NCBI GenBank assembly: GCA_029259185.1
Contig: JAPDJF010000021.1
Coordinates: 1 to 21,058 of the forward strand
DNA: 21,058 nt
DNA from: Hadesarchaea archaeon
Lineage (GTDB): Archaea > Hadarchaeota > Hadarchaeia > Hadarchaeales > WYZ-LMO6
Direction: 5' to 3'
Shown here: one piece after another, positions 7,595 to 15,856 of the stretch
Numbering within the stretch: the stretch's first letter is position 1
How the letters are laid out: each line of letters starts with the position of its first letter
Translations under genes and position numbers: made by a program
Notes under the pieces: generated by a model
The model's database searches: none
What the model saw: the letters and a program-made list of their open reading frames with translations, nothing else
Told to the model about the DNA's origin: nothing

Positions 7595-9634
7595 TTACCG
7601 TTTTTCATTCACAGATTCGAGCAGCTCTTCGTACCTCTTGAGGAACCTGCTCCAGTACTCTCGTGCGGCCCCGTGTTTGTCTTTGCAGAACCTCTCCCAC
7701 CATTCCTTCGCCCATTCGTTTTTGTCCGCGAATTCTCTCGCCATGGTGGAGACGATGTCGATAACTCTCTCGCTCTCCCAGAAGACTGGATCGACCCCTG
7801 CTCTCCTGTTGTACTCGCGAATCTTGGCCAGGATTCGCTTGTTATGCTTTTCGTAGTCCACCTTCACCCCATAAGCCTCTTCGATCAATTTGGGGATTAT
7901 CTTCTCCCCCCATCCCCTGTGGAACCTGCAGAGCCCCGTGTTCTCCGAATACATCTCCTTCACCGCTCTCATGAAGCAGAGGTCGGCGAATTCCTCAGGT
8001 TCCCTGAACTCCGAGTGGTAGAACGTGTAGTACTTCCCTTGGATCGGGATCGGCATGAAGTTGCCGGGGCTCCAGTACATCGCTGGTGTGATCGATCCCT
8101 CCCTCCCGAACGCTACATAGACCGCGAGATCTTCAAACTTTTGTCCGCGCACCCTTTCCCCGAATTTCCTGTCGAGTTCCTTGGCCGCACGTCTGGTTCC
8201 CTTCCCTATACTTCTCGCGATTTCGTTTTCTCCGTAGGCTACCGATTCGGCGAGCCGTACCAGGAGCCCCATATTTTTGTGGGAGTCCCTCAGATCGAAA
8301 GAATCAGGCTCGAAGCTCGGCACATCCCCGAGTCCGAGCTCCTCAGGGCGAAGCATCCCCTCATGGAGGCATTCGAAGATCCATCCGCACACGTTCCCGA
8401 ACTCGATAGCATCAAATCCCAGCGAGTCCACGGTGTACACCGCCATTTCCGCCGCCCTCTGATCGAAGATGCCGCAGTTCGGTCCGTTCGCCTCGTAGGG
8501 CTCATAATCCTTCTTGAACCTACCCCTGATTTTCTTGCACACTCCCGGACACGGCTCCCCACAGTTTTTCCAAACCTTGCTCCTGACGGTTGGCCTGGCA
8601 TCTGGAGAAGTCATGGTGATGGAGGGTCGAAGGTATCTCTTGGCCGTGATCTCCCGATCGAACTGGCTCAGGTAGTGTCCCTTGACGAGCCTCTCGTACA
8701 GTTCCGTCCTCTTCTCCTTAGGCATGTTCACCGTTCGCCACCCGAACATTATCGTTGAGTCCCTGAGCACGAAGTAGTTCACTCCGAAGGTTCCCCCCGA
8801 GCCAACGGATTCGTCGTACCTGTACTTGACGGTAGCCTCCGATGCTGCTTTCATCACGGGTTTTCCCAGCAGACGGAGGAAAACCTCGTCGGCTCTTTCG
8901 AGGTCCTTCAGGTCGGTGTTTGGGAATTCCCTCCAGTCGTTCGTTCCACCGAAGATCACCCCAACCACCCCATGGGCCTTGAACATCACGGATCCTGGAC
9001 CTCCCCTCGCCGCCCAGTCTTCCGAACCTTCATCGAGCTCACCGTTTTTCACCGTTATTGAGAAGATTCCACCGAAGTTCGTGTTTAGCGAGGCCGGCCC
9101 CACGCTCAGTCCCCTGAAGTCCATGGGGTTCCCCCTCTCCGTGTACCAACTCCTGAACTCTTCGACTAAGAATTTTTGAAGGGCGTAAGCCCCTTCTCCT
9201 CCCGAGCCTCTGTATATCTCCACGAGTTCGTCCATGGGGATGGTTCTGAACTTCACCTCGATTCCGGAACGTTTCCCCTTGAGCGCCACTATCATGGGCT
9301 CGTCTGATTTACCCTCGAGGGTGAGGTAGTCCACACCGAGATTTTTGAACGCATAAGCGGCCCCCCCGATCGTTGAGAAGAAAAATCCTTCCCAGAGGGG
9401 AGACCTAAAACAGAGGGTTAAGCGGTGAGTTCCTGGGATACAGCTACCAGCGAGCTTTCCCATCCCTATGCACAGAACGTTGTGCTCGTCCTCGGGTGGA
9501 TAACGGTAACTCTCGTAGAGGTTCATGTGGCAGTGGAGGCCCCAATCCACGGGTCCGATGATCTCCGGGTTGTCCTCTTCAGATAGTCTGACTTTTTTCT
9601 CTCCAGCATTCAGGAACGCCACCCTGTTTTTCAT
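7595..9634 (-). CDS. gor: Glyceraldehyde-3-phosphate:ferredoxin oxidoreductase (GAPOR, W/Mo-pterin enzyme)
   Basis: 679 aa. GPVDWG, EDWAARGGPGSVM, GGTFGVNY, CGEPCPGVCKK, DYEPYEANGP, GFDAIEFG, YWSPGNFMP and CRFHRGW motifs are typical of the GAPOR branch of the AOR family. Confidence 0.88.
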   Translation of the reverse strand: MKNRVAFLNAGEKKVRLSEEDNPEIIGPVDWGLHCHMNLYESYRYPPEDEHNVLCIGMGKLAGSCIPGTHRLTLCFRSPLWEGFFFSTIGGAAYAFKNLGVDYLTLEGKSDEPMIVALKGKRSGIEVKFRTIPMDELVEIYRGSGGEGAYALQKFLVEEFRSWYTERGNPMDFRGLSVGPASLNTNFGGIFSITVKNGELDEGSEDWAARGGPGSVMFKAHGVVGVIFGGTNDWREFPNTDLKDLERADEVFLRLLGKPVMKAASEATVKYRYDESVGSGGTFGVNYFVLRDSTIMFGWRTVNMPKEKRTELYERLVKGHYLSQFDREITAKRYLRPSITMTSPDARPTVRSKVWKNCGEPCPGVCKKIRGRFKKDYEPYEANGPNCGIFDQRAAEMAVYTVDSLGFDAIEFGNVCGWIFECLHEGMLRPEELGLGDVPSFEPDSFDLRDSHKNMGLLVRLAESVAYGENEIARSIGKGTRRAAKELDRKFGERVRGQKFEDLAVYVAFGREGSITPAMYWSPGNFMPIPIQGKYYTFYHSEFREPEEFADLCFMRAVKEMYSENTGLCRFHRGWGEKIIPKLIEEAYGVKVDYEKHNKRILAKIREYNRRAGVDPVFWESERVIDIVSTMAREFADKNEWAKEWWERFCKDKHGAAREYWSRFLKRYEELLESVNEKR

Positions 9635-9637
9635 CCC

Positions 9638-9931
9638 TTATCCCCCTCCCGTGGGGGGAAGGATCATGATCAGATCCCCCTCCCTGACCTTGGTGTTCTC
9701 ACCCTTCAGAAATCGGATGTTCCTCCCGTTCAAGAGGACGATGATGGAAGGATGAAGCTTGGACCCTCTTTCCCCCACCAAGGCTCCGAGTTCTTCGAGC
9801 TCGGGTCTGAATTTTCGAACGAATTCGCTCAGGATCACCCCAACCGTTTCACCTCTAAGTTTTATCTCCCCATTTATCTTTTCGGTCAGCGTCAATGCAG
9901 GTTTGACCCTTACCTCAGGCATCTTCACCAC
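9638..9931 (-). CDS. MoaD/ThiS/SAMP ubiquitin-like sulfur carrier
   Basis: IIVLLNGRNIRFLKGENTKVREGDLIMILPPTGGG, with C-terminal GG. Alternative ATG at 9922. Ends 3 nt before the GAPOR start. Confidence 0.88.
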   Translation of the reverse strand: MVKMPEVRVKPALTLTEKINGEIKLRGETVGVILSEFVRKFRPELEELGALVGERGSKLHPSIIVLLNGRNIRFLKGENTKVREGDLIMILPPTGGG

Positions 9932-10048
9932 GGATGTTCGGTTCGTCTCCTAGGGTTTCTTCCCCGGAGAATTTTTTTGTTTCGGGGCATCACGAGTTCT
10001 TCTAGCCGAGCCCGGGACGGGAGAGTTTTGATGTGGATCAGAAGAGAC

Positions 10049-10324
10049 CTATCCCCCACCCACCGGTGGAAAAATCGACACGACATCATTCTCTTGGAGC
10101 TGGGTGTTCAGCCCCCTAAGCCACTTGATCTCCCTCCCGTTGACGAAGATCCGCACCACCTTTCTCGGTTTCACCCCATCCCGATCCTCCAAAATGGCCT
10201 TCCCGAGTTCTTCGTCCCGCCTAGAGATCTCCCTCAACAGGGAGCGCACGTCCCTCGCTTCGAATTCCATCTCTTTCCTCCCGGCGATCTCCCTGAACTT
10301 GGCGAAGAACTTGACTTTGACCAT
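10049..10324 (-). CDS. MoaD/SAMP1-like ubiquitin-like protein
   Basis: MVKVKFFAKFREIAG...IFVNGREIKWLRGLNTQLQENDVVSIFPPVGGG, 91 aa from ATG 10324. The upstream ORF-track extension is unlikely. Confidence 0.9.
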   Translation of the reverse strand: MVKVKFFAKFREIAGRKEMEFEARDVRSLLREISRRDEELGKAILEDRDGVKPRKVVRIFVNGREIKWLRGLNTQLQENDVVSIFPPVGGG

Positions 10325-10344
10325 CCCATTGATCTTTTGACTCC

Positions 10345-10360
10345 TAAGTATAAGTTTCCC
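10345..10360 (-). promoter_or_regulatory. BRE/TATA promoter for the SAMP/MoaD-GAPOR unit
   Basis: The minus strand reads GGGAAACTTATACTTA about 20 nt upstream of ATG 10324. Confidence 0.5.
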
Positions 10361-10441
10361 CCGTTCTCGAACTCTTAAGCGCTGGCTCGGCTCGTGGTGC
10401 TGGGGTGTGTGGGAACTCAGGTTCCATGATCCGATCCGATC

Positions 10442-10456
10442 CGAAAAGCTTTTATG
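10442..10456 (+). promoter_or_regulatory. BRE/TATA promoter candidate for the ribosomal operon
   Basis: CGAAAAGCTTTTATG is a good BRE+TATA match. A second candidate, GAACAGGTTTAAGA, lies at 10512-10525. Confidence 0.5.
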
Positions 10457-10555
10457 CATCGTAGCTCGCCACGTGAGGCAACTCTTTTAGTCGCCCCCGA
10501 CCAATAGCTGAGAACAGGTTTAAGACGGAGTAGAGGGAATGTAAGGAGATCGGAA

Positions 10556-11281
10556 ATGGGGAAGAAAGGGCCGAGCAGGCATTTGAAGCGGTACGCGGTG
10601 CCGCGGACGCTGAAGTTACCGAGGAAGCGTTTACCTTGGGCCATAAAACCCGCCCCAGGTCCGCATCCAGCCGATAAGAGCATCCCGCTCGGTACCTTGG
10701 TGAAGGAGTACCTAAACCTAACCGAGAAGCTGAAAGAGACCAAGCGGGTGTTGGCGGGTAGGAAAGTGATGGTGGATGGAAAGGTTAGAACCGATCTGAA
10801 GTTTCCAGTGGGTCTTATGGATGTGGTCTCGATCGTTCCTTTGAACACCCATTACAGGATCTCGGTGGATCGGAACGGGAGACTGGTTCCCATCCAGATC
10901 CGAGATTCTGATGCTTCCTTCAAGCTATGCAAAGTGGTGGGAAAGCATGTGGTCAAGGGGGGGAGGATCCAGCTGGCCTTTCACGACGGGAGGACAGTGG
11001 TTGGAGATTTCGGTGATTACAGGAGAGGGGATACGGTGAGGCTCTCCATCCCAGAGCCTAAGGTCCTCGAGCGGATACCATTTGAGCGTGGGGTTTGGGC
11101 CCTGATCACGGGAGGTAAGAACGTGGGGAGGGTGGGGAGGATAGTCGATCTAGGGACGGGGGAGTCCAGGTTGGTGGGGCTTGAGACCCCTAAGGGAGAA
11201 ACCCTGCAGACACCTGCGACCTATGTTTTTCCCGTGAGCAAGGAGGAGCAGACGATCCCGGTACCCGAGGTGGGAGCTTGA
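10556..11281 (+). CDS. rps4e: 30S ribosomal protein S4e
   Basis: GPSRHLKR, KPAPGPH, VDGKVRTDLKFPVGLMDV and ITGGKNVGRVG. Confidence 0.96.
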   Translation: MGKKGPSRHLKRYAVPRTLKLPRKRLPWAIKPAPGPHPADKSIPLGTLVKEYLNLTEKLKETKRVLAGRKVMVDGKVRTDLKFPVGLMDVVSIVPLNTHYRISVDRNGRLVPIQIRDSDASFKLCKVVGKHVVKGGRIQLAFHDGRTVVGDFGDYRRGDTVRLSIPEPKVLERIPFERGVWALITGGKNVGRVGRIVDLGTGESRLVGLETPKGETLQTPATYVFPVSKEEQTIPVPEVGA

Positions 11282-11784
11282 ACCCGATGCGTGAGATAAG
11301 ACTGGATAAGGTGACCGTCAACATAGGGGTTGGGGAAGGGGGAGAGAAACTGGCGAAGGCGGAGGAACTTTTGGCGACCCTCACCGGTCGGAAACCCGTG
11401 CAGACCTTAGCTAAGCGGACGATAAGGGATTTCCAAATCCGGAAGGGGGAGCCGATAGGAGTGAAGGTGACGTTGAGGGGAAAAGAAGCCGAAGGGATGC
11501 TGGAGCGACTCTTCAAAGCAGTGGATAACCGCATCCCGGGGAGGTCTTTCAACGGAGAGGGCAATTTTTCCTTCGGGATAAAGGAGCACATAGACATACC
11601 CGGTGTGAAATACGATCCCCGGGTGGGCATGTTCGGGATGGATGTATGTGTGACCCTGCGGAGACCGGGGTACCGTATCAAGTATAGGAAGCGCCGGTCG
11701 AGACCCATCCCCAGGAGACACAGGATCTCGAGAGAAGAAGCCATAAAATTCGTGACGGAGAAATTTGGAGTAACGGTGGATTGA
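11278..11784 (+). CDS. rpl5: 50S ribosomal protein L5
   Basis: NPMREIRLDKVTVNIGVGEGGE, GNFSFGIKEHID and RPGYRI. TTG start overlaps the S4e stop. Confidence 0.96.
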   Translation: MNPMREIRLDKVTVNIGVGEGGEKLAKAEELLATLTGRKPVQTLAKRTIRDFQIRKGEPIGVKVTLRGKEAEGMLERLFKAVDNRIPGRSFNGEGNFSFGIKEHIDIPGVKYDPRVGMFGMDVCVTLRRPGYRIKYRKRRSRPIPRRHRISREEAIKFVTEKFGVTVD

Positions 11785-11928
11785 ATGAAGAGAACATTCG
11801 GCAAGGGAGCACACAAGTGTAAGAGGTGCGGTAGGTCTGGGGCAGTGTACACGAGGTATAACCTCTACCTGTGCAGGAGGTGCTTCCGGGAGCTGGCTCC
11901 CAAACTGGGTTTCAAGAAGTACAACTAG
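11785..11928 (+). CDS. rps14: 30S ribosomal protein S14 (zinc type), absent from the ORF track
   Basis: Translated by hand: [47 protein letters not shown] (47 aa). Two CxxC motifs and the canonical position between L5 and S8. Confidence 0.95.
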   Translation: MKRTFGKGAHKCKRCGRSGAVYTRYNLYLCRRCFRELAPKLGFKKYN

Positions 11929-11936
11929 TGAGGCCT

Positions 11937-12326
11937 ATGCTGTTAGACCCATTGGCGAACGCACTCTCTAAGATAGACAACTATGAACGGGCTAGGAAGA
12001 AGGAAGTGGTGATCGCCCCAGCTTCCAAGCTCATCGGCGAGGTCCTGCGGATCTTCAAGGAAGAGGGATACATCGGGAACTTCGAATTCGAGGATGATGG
12101 CAAGTCTGGGAAGTTCAGGGTCAAACTTGTGGGCAAGATAAACCGATGCGGTGCCGTGAAACCTAGGTACTCGTTCAAAAAGAAGGAATGTGAGCGGTGG
12201 GAGAAAAGGTTCCTACCGGCGAGCGACATAGGCGTGATCGTGGTTTCCACCTCTAAGGGCGTGATGTCACTCTCCAAAGCGAAAGAAATCGGTGTGGGGG
12301 GAAAACTCCTCGCGTACGTTTACTGA
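11937..12326 (+). CDS. rps8: 30S ribosomal protein S8
   Basis: [25 protein letters not shown] and GGKLLAYVY. The true ATG is at 11937. Confidence 0.96.
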   Translation: MLLDPLANALSKIDNYERARKKEVVIAPASKLIGEVLRIFKEEGYIGNFEFEDDGKSGKFRVKLVGKINRCGAVKPRYSFKKKECERWEKRFLPASDIGVIVVSTSKGVMSLSKAKEIGVGGKLLAYVY

Positions 12327-12336
12327 GGTGTCGTGG

Positions 12337-12861
12337 GTGGGTTTCGTCCAAGAGATAGAGATCCCGAGAGGGGTAGAAGTGAAGATGGACGGAAACACGA
12401 TCGAGGTTAGTGGTCCCAAGGGAAAACTCGTGAAGCGATTCGATCTCCACGGGATCGAAGTGAAGATGGAGGATGGGAGGGTCTCGATCTCGACCCCATC
12501 TCCCAAGCGCAGGATGAAAGCGATGGTCGGCACCATAAGGGCGCACCTGCGCAACGCCTTCAAGGGAGTCACGGAGGGATTCACCTACAAACTGAAGGTC
12601 GTGTACTCCCACTTTCCGATCAGTGTGAAGGTCGAGGGGGATCGCGTGTTCATCCACAACTTCTTGGGCGAGAAGACCCCCCGCGTGGCGAGGGTAATGG
12701 AAGGCACGAGAGTTGAGGTCAGGGGGGATGAAGTAGTAGTTGAAGGTATAGACAAAGAGAAAGTCGGCCAGACCGCGCTGAACATAGAGCAGGCCACGAG
12801 GGTGAGGGGAAAAGACCGGAGAGTTTTTCAGGATGGATGCTACCTTTTCGAGAAGGGATGA
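12337..12861 (+). CDS. rpl6: 50S ribosomal protein L6
   Basis: VSGPKG, YSHFPI, NFLGEK and DRRVFQDG. GTG 12337 follows SD GAGGTG. Confidence 0.95.
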   Translation: MGFVQEIEIPRGVEVKMDGNTIEVSGPKGKLVKRFDLHGIEVKMEDGRVSISTPSPKRRMKAMVGTIRAHLRNAFKGVTEGFTYKLKVVYSHFPISVKVEGDRVFIHNFLGEKTPRVARVMEGTRVEVRGDEVVVEGIDKEKVGQTALNIEQATRVRGKDRRVFQDGCYLFEKG

Positions 12862-12862
12862 G

Positions 12863-13246
12863 ATGCGGAAGCGGAAACTTCCGAAGTTCCGGCGTCAGGA
12901 GTGGTTTATGTACAAGAGGCTGGGGGAGAAATGGAGGAGACCCAAAGGCAAAAACAGCAAGATGCGCTTGGGAATAAAGGGGAAGCCGAGCGTGGTGAGC
13001 ATAGGGTACAGGAATCCAAAGAGGGTGAGGGGTTTCCATCCCTCGGGATTGAAAGAGGTTCTGGTCGAGAGTATCGGGATGTTGGACGAGATAGACCCGA
13101 AAACCCAAGCGGTGAGGATATCTTCGAGGATCGGAAAGAAGAAAAGACTTCAGCTCATAGCTCGTGCGAGGGAGCTAGGTTTGAGGATCCTGAATTTGAG
13201 GAGGGATGAAATTGAAACTGAGCACTCAACGGAGACTGGCAGCTGA
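12863..13246 (+). CDS. rpl32e: 50S ribosomal protein L32e
   Basis: PKFRRQEW, WRRPKGKNSKMR and VRGFHPSG. Confidence 0.94.
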   Translation: MRKRKLPKFRRQEWFMYKRLGEKWRRPKGKNSKMRLGIKGKPSVVSIGYRNPKRVRGFHPSGLKEVLVESIGMLDEIDPKTQAVRISSRIGKKKRLQLIARARELGLRILNLRRDEIETEHSTETGS

Positions 13247-13658
13247 GATCTTGGGGGTAGGGGTCAACCGGGTCTGGATAGACCCAACGAAGCTGGAGGA
13301 GGTTTCCTCCGCGATCACCCGGAGGGACGTGAGGGGGTTGATCGACATGGGGGTGATCAGGGCACGCGAGGTGAGGGGGATCAGCCGCGGAAGGCTGCGG
13401 GAGCGGAAGATCAAACGGAAGAAGGGGAGACGGAGGGGGCCCGGGAGCAGGAAGGGAGGATCCAAGGCAAGACTCTCGAGCAAGGAGAGGTGGATCCGAA
13501 GGGTCAGGCCCCTGCGTGAGAAGCTCCGCGAACTCCGCGCCAAGGGTGCGATTTCTGCCTCTGAGTATCGAAGGCTGTACCGGAAGATCAGTGGGGGGTA
13601 CTTTAGGAGTAAAGCCCACCTGGAGGCCCACCTGAGGGAGAAGGAATCGCAAAAATGA
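13206..13658 (+). CDS. rpl19e: 50S ribosomal protein L19e
   Basis: QRRLAAEILGVG, RVWIDP, AITRRD and GPGSRKG. Confidence 0.96.
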   Translation: MKLKLSTQRRLAAEILGVGVNRVWIDPTKLEEVSSAITRRDVRGLIDMGVIRAREVRGISRGRLRERKIKRKKGRRRGPGSRKGGSKARLSSKERWIRRVRPLREKLRELRAKGAISASEYRRLYRKISGGYFRSKAHLEAHLREKESQK

Positions 13659-13661
13659 TCG

Positions 13662-14246
13662 TTGGTGAGGGATTTGAGGGTTTGTCTTCGGAGGAGGAGG
13701 GAAAAGAGGACTGACTACAGGCTGAGGCTGAGGCTCTTGAAATCCGGTAGACCGAGACTGGTGGCTCGAATCTCCCTCAAGCACGTGAGGGCGCAGGTGG
13801 TGGAGTTCGATCCGAGGGGCGACAGGGTGATAGCATCGGCCGAATCGAAGGAGCTGGAAAAGTACGGGTGGAAGGGGGGAACCTCGAACACGCCTGCAGC
13901 CTACCTCGTCGGGTTCCTGTGCGGGTCGCGAGCGAAGAAAAAGGGTGTGGGCGAGTGCGTGTTGGACATAGGTCTGCACGATCCTACCCCTCAAGCGAAG
14001 GTGTTTGCCGTGTTAAAGGGAGCGGTCGACTCGGGGCTGAGTGTCCCCCACTGGGAAGGGATCCTCCCCACCCGGGAGAGGATCAGGGGTCAACACATAG
14101 CCGACTACGCAACGAAGCTGAGGGACGACGAAAGATCCTACCGTGCTCGATTCGCGGGGTACCTCCAGCGGGGTCTCCCTCCCGAGAACCTGCCGGAGCA
14201 CTTCGATGAAATAAAAAGGGTGCTGGCGAAAGAGTTGAGCGGGTGA
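13662..14246 (+). CDS. rpl18: 50S ribosomal protein L18
   Basis: RRRREKRTDY, NTPAAYLVG, LDIGL and GAVDSGLSVPH. Confidence 0.95.
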   Translation: MVRDLRVCLRRRREKRTDYRLRLRLLKSGRPRLVARISLKHVRAQVVEFDPRGDRVIASAESKELEKYGWKGGTSNTPAAYLVGFLCGSRAKKKGVGECVLDIGLHDPTPQAKVFAVLKGAVDSGLSVPHWEGILPTRERIRGQHIADYATKLRDDERSYRARFAGYLQRGLPPENLPEHFDEIKRVLAKELSG

Positions 14247-14250
14247 GTGA

Positions 14251-14916
14251 GTGGAGGCAGGGATCACCCAAGAGACATGGGAGCCAAAAACGAGGCTCGG
14301 GCGAGCGGTCAAGGAAGGGAGAATCAAGAGCGTGTCAGAAATCCTGCGCGATGGTATCCCGGTGATGGAGCCCGAGATAATTGACGTGCTGGTACCCGGG
14401 CTGGAGGAGCAAATCTTGGACGTTAGTTTCGTTCAGCGAATGCATAAGTCTGGGAGGAGGAACAAGTACAGGGTCATAGTGGTTGTGGGGAACAGGGATG
14501 GGATAGTTGGGGTTGGACATGATAGTGCGCAGGAGATAGGGGTGGCGATAAGGAAGGCCGCCGCCGCCGCGAAGACGAACGTGATCGAAGTTGCGAGGGG
14601 ATGTGGGAGCTGGGAGTGCAAGTGCGGGAGACCCCATTCAGTACCGCTCGAAGGGAAGGGAAAACATGGGAGCGTGGAGGTTGTCCTCAAGCCCGCACCA
14701 AGAGGTCTGGGTCTGGCGGCGTCGGAAGTTCCAAAGGCTGTCCTCGAACTCGCAGGCGTGAAAGATGCGTGGACCTTTGCACGCGGGCAAACTCGAACTA
14801 CACTCAATTTTTCTTTCGCTGTCATAGATGCACTCAAGAACATAGCCAAGACGGTGCTTACCGGGAAGGGTGAGAGAGCGCATCTAGGACCGCTCGGGAG
14901 GGAGCCTGGTGAGTAA
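14251..14916 (+). CDS. rps5: 30S ribosomal protein S5
   Basis: [25 protein letters not shown] and PAPRGLGL. Confidence 0.96.
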   Translation: MEAGITQETWEPKTRLGRAVKEGRIKSVSEILRDGIPVMEPEIIDVLVPGLEEQILDVSFVQRMHKSGRRNKYRVIVVVGNRDGIVGVGHDSAQEIGVAIRKAAAAAKTNVIEVARGCGSWECKCGRPHSVPLEGKGKHGSVEVVLKPAPRGLGLAASEVPKAVLELAGVKDAWTFARGQTRTTLNFSFAVIDALKNIAKTVLTGKGERAHLGPLGREPGE

Positions 14917-15379
14917 GCTCCTAGCGGTGATCAGATTGCGAGGAAGTATCAAGGCGAGAAAAAAGGTCTTGGACACTCTGAGGATGCTCGGTCTCACCCG
15001 TGTCAACCATTGCGTGCTGGTGGACGAAAACCCTTCCTATGCGGGAATGTTGCGTGAGGCAAAGGATATGATCACGTGGGGGGAAATAAACAGGGATACG
15101 CTAGTGGCTCTCATCAGGAAGAGGGGGAGGCTCGTGGGGGACGAGAGGGTCACGGACGATTACGTGAAGGAGAAGACGGGGTTTCCATCGGTGGATGAAT
15201 TCGCTGATGCGGTCTTGAAGGGGGAAACGAGCCTTAGGGAGCTGCCGGGACTCAAGAAGGTTTTTAGGCTCCATCCCCCGCGGAAGGGATACAGGGCGAT
15301 CAAGCGAGCCGTAACGGATTCGGGTGATCTCGGGTATAGGGGTGACGGGATAAACGAGTTGCTTTCCCGCATGATCTAG
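14909..15379 (+). CDS. rpl30: 50S ribosomal protein L30 (archaeal long form)
   Basis: [29 protein letters not shown] and GYRG. Confidence 0.95.
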   Translation: MSKLLAVIRLRGSIKARKKVLDTLRMLGLTRVNHCVLVDENPSYAGMLREAKDMITWGEINRDTLVALIRKRGRLVGDERVTDDYVKEKTGFPSVDEFADAVLKGETSLRELPGLKKVFRLHPPRKGYRAIKRAVTDSGDLGYRGDGINELLSRMI

Positions 15380-15391
15380 AGGTCGAGCTGA

Positions 15392-15856
15392 ATGGTGGTG
15401 AGGAGGAGGAAAAAGGCTCGCAAGCACGACGGACGGACCCACGGGAGGGGATGCTCGAAGCGGGGGAGGGGGAGCGGGGAGAAGGGTGGTAAGGGGTGGA
15501 GTGGAGGACACAAGCAGAAGTGGTCCTACATCCTGCGCTATTTTCCCGATCATTTCGGAAAACACGGGTTCATCCCCCCTAGAAAAAGAGCTCCCGTGAT
15601 CGTCAACGTGGGAGAGCTCGACGAGCGAGCGGATGAACTCCTCGAGAAGGGGTTGGCGAAGAGGGATGGGGAGCGGATAGTGATCGATGTATCCAAGTTA
15701 GGAACCGAAAAGGTTTTGGGTGGGGGGAGGGTGAATCGCCCGCTGGAGATACGGGCTCCTAGGGTTAGTGAAGCGGCGAGGGCCAAAATAGAAAGGGCGG
15801 GCGGTAGGGTGGTAGGGGTGAAGATCGATGAGTCAGGAAGAGAAACCGAGGTCTAG
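15392..15856 (+). CDS. rpl15: 50S ribosomal protein L15
   Basis: RTHGRG, FGKHGF, KVLGGG and AKIERAGG. Confidence 0.95.
   Translation: MVVRRRKKARKHDGRTHGRGCSKRGRGSGEKGGKGWSGGHKQKWSYILRYFPDHFGKHGFIPPRKRAPVIVNVGELDERADELLEKGLAKRDGERIVIDVSKLGTEKVLGGGRVNRPLEIRAPRVSEAARAKIERAGGRVVGVKIDESGRETEV

Noticed and set aside
10021-10036. GAGAGTTTTGATG resembling a 16S rRNA 5' end
   Set aside because: A short chance match to the bacterial motif, with no rRNA sequence following.
12376-12470. Exact 14-nt repeat GAAGTGAAGATGGA within L6
   Set aside because: It encodes the similar beta-strands EVKM(D/E) inside an intact ribosomal protein. No sign of mobility.
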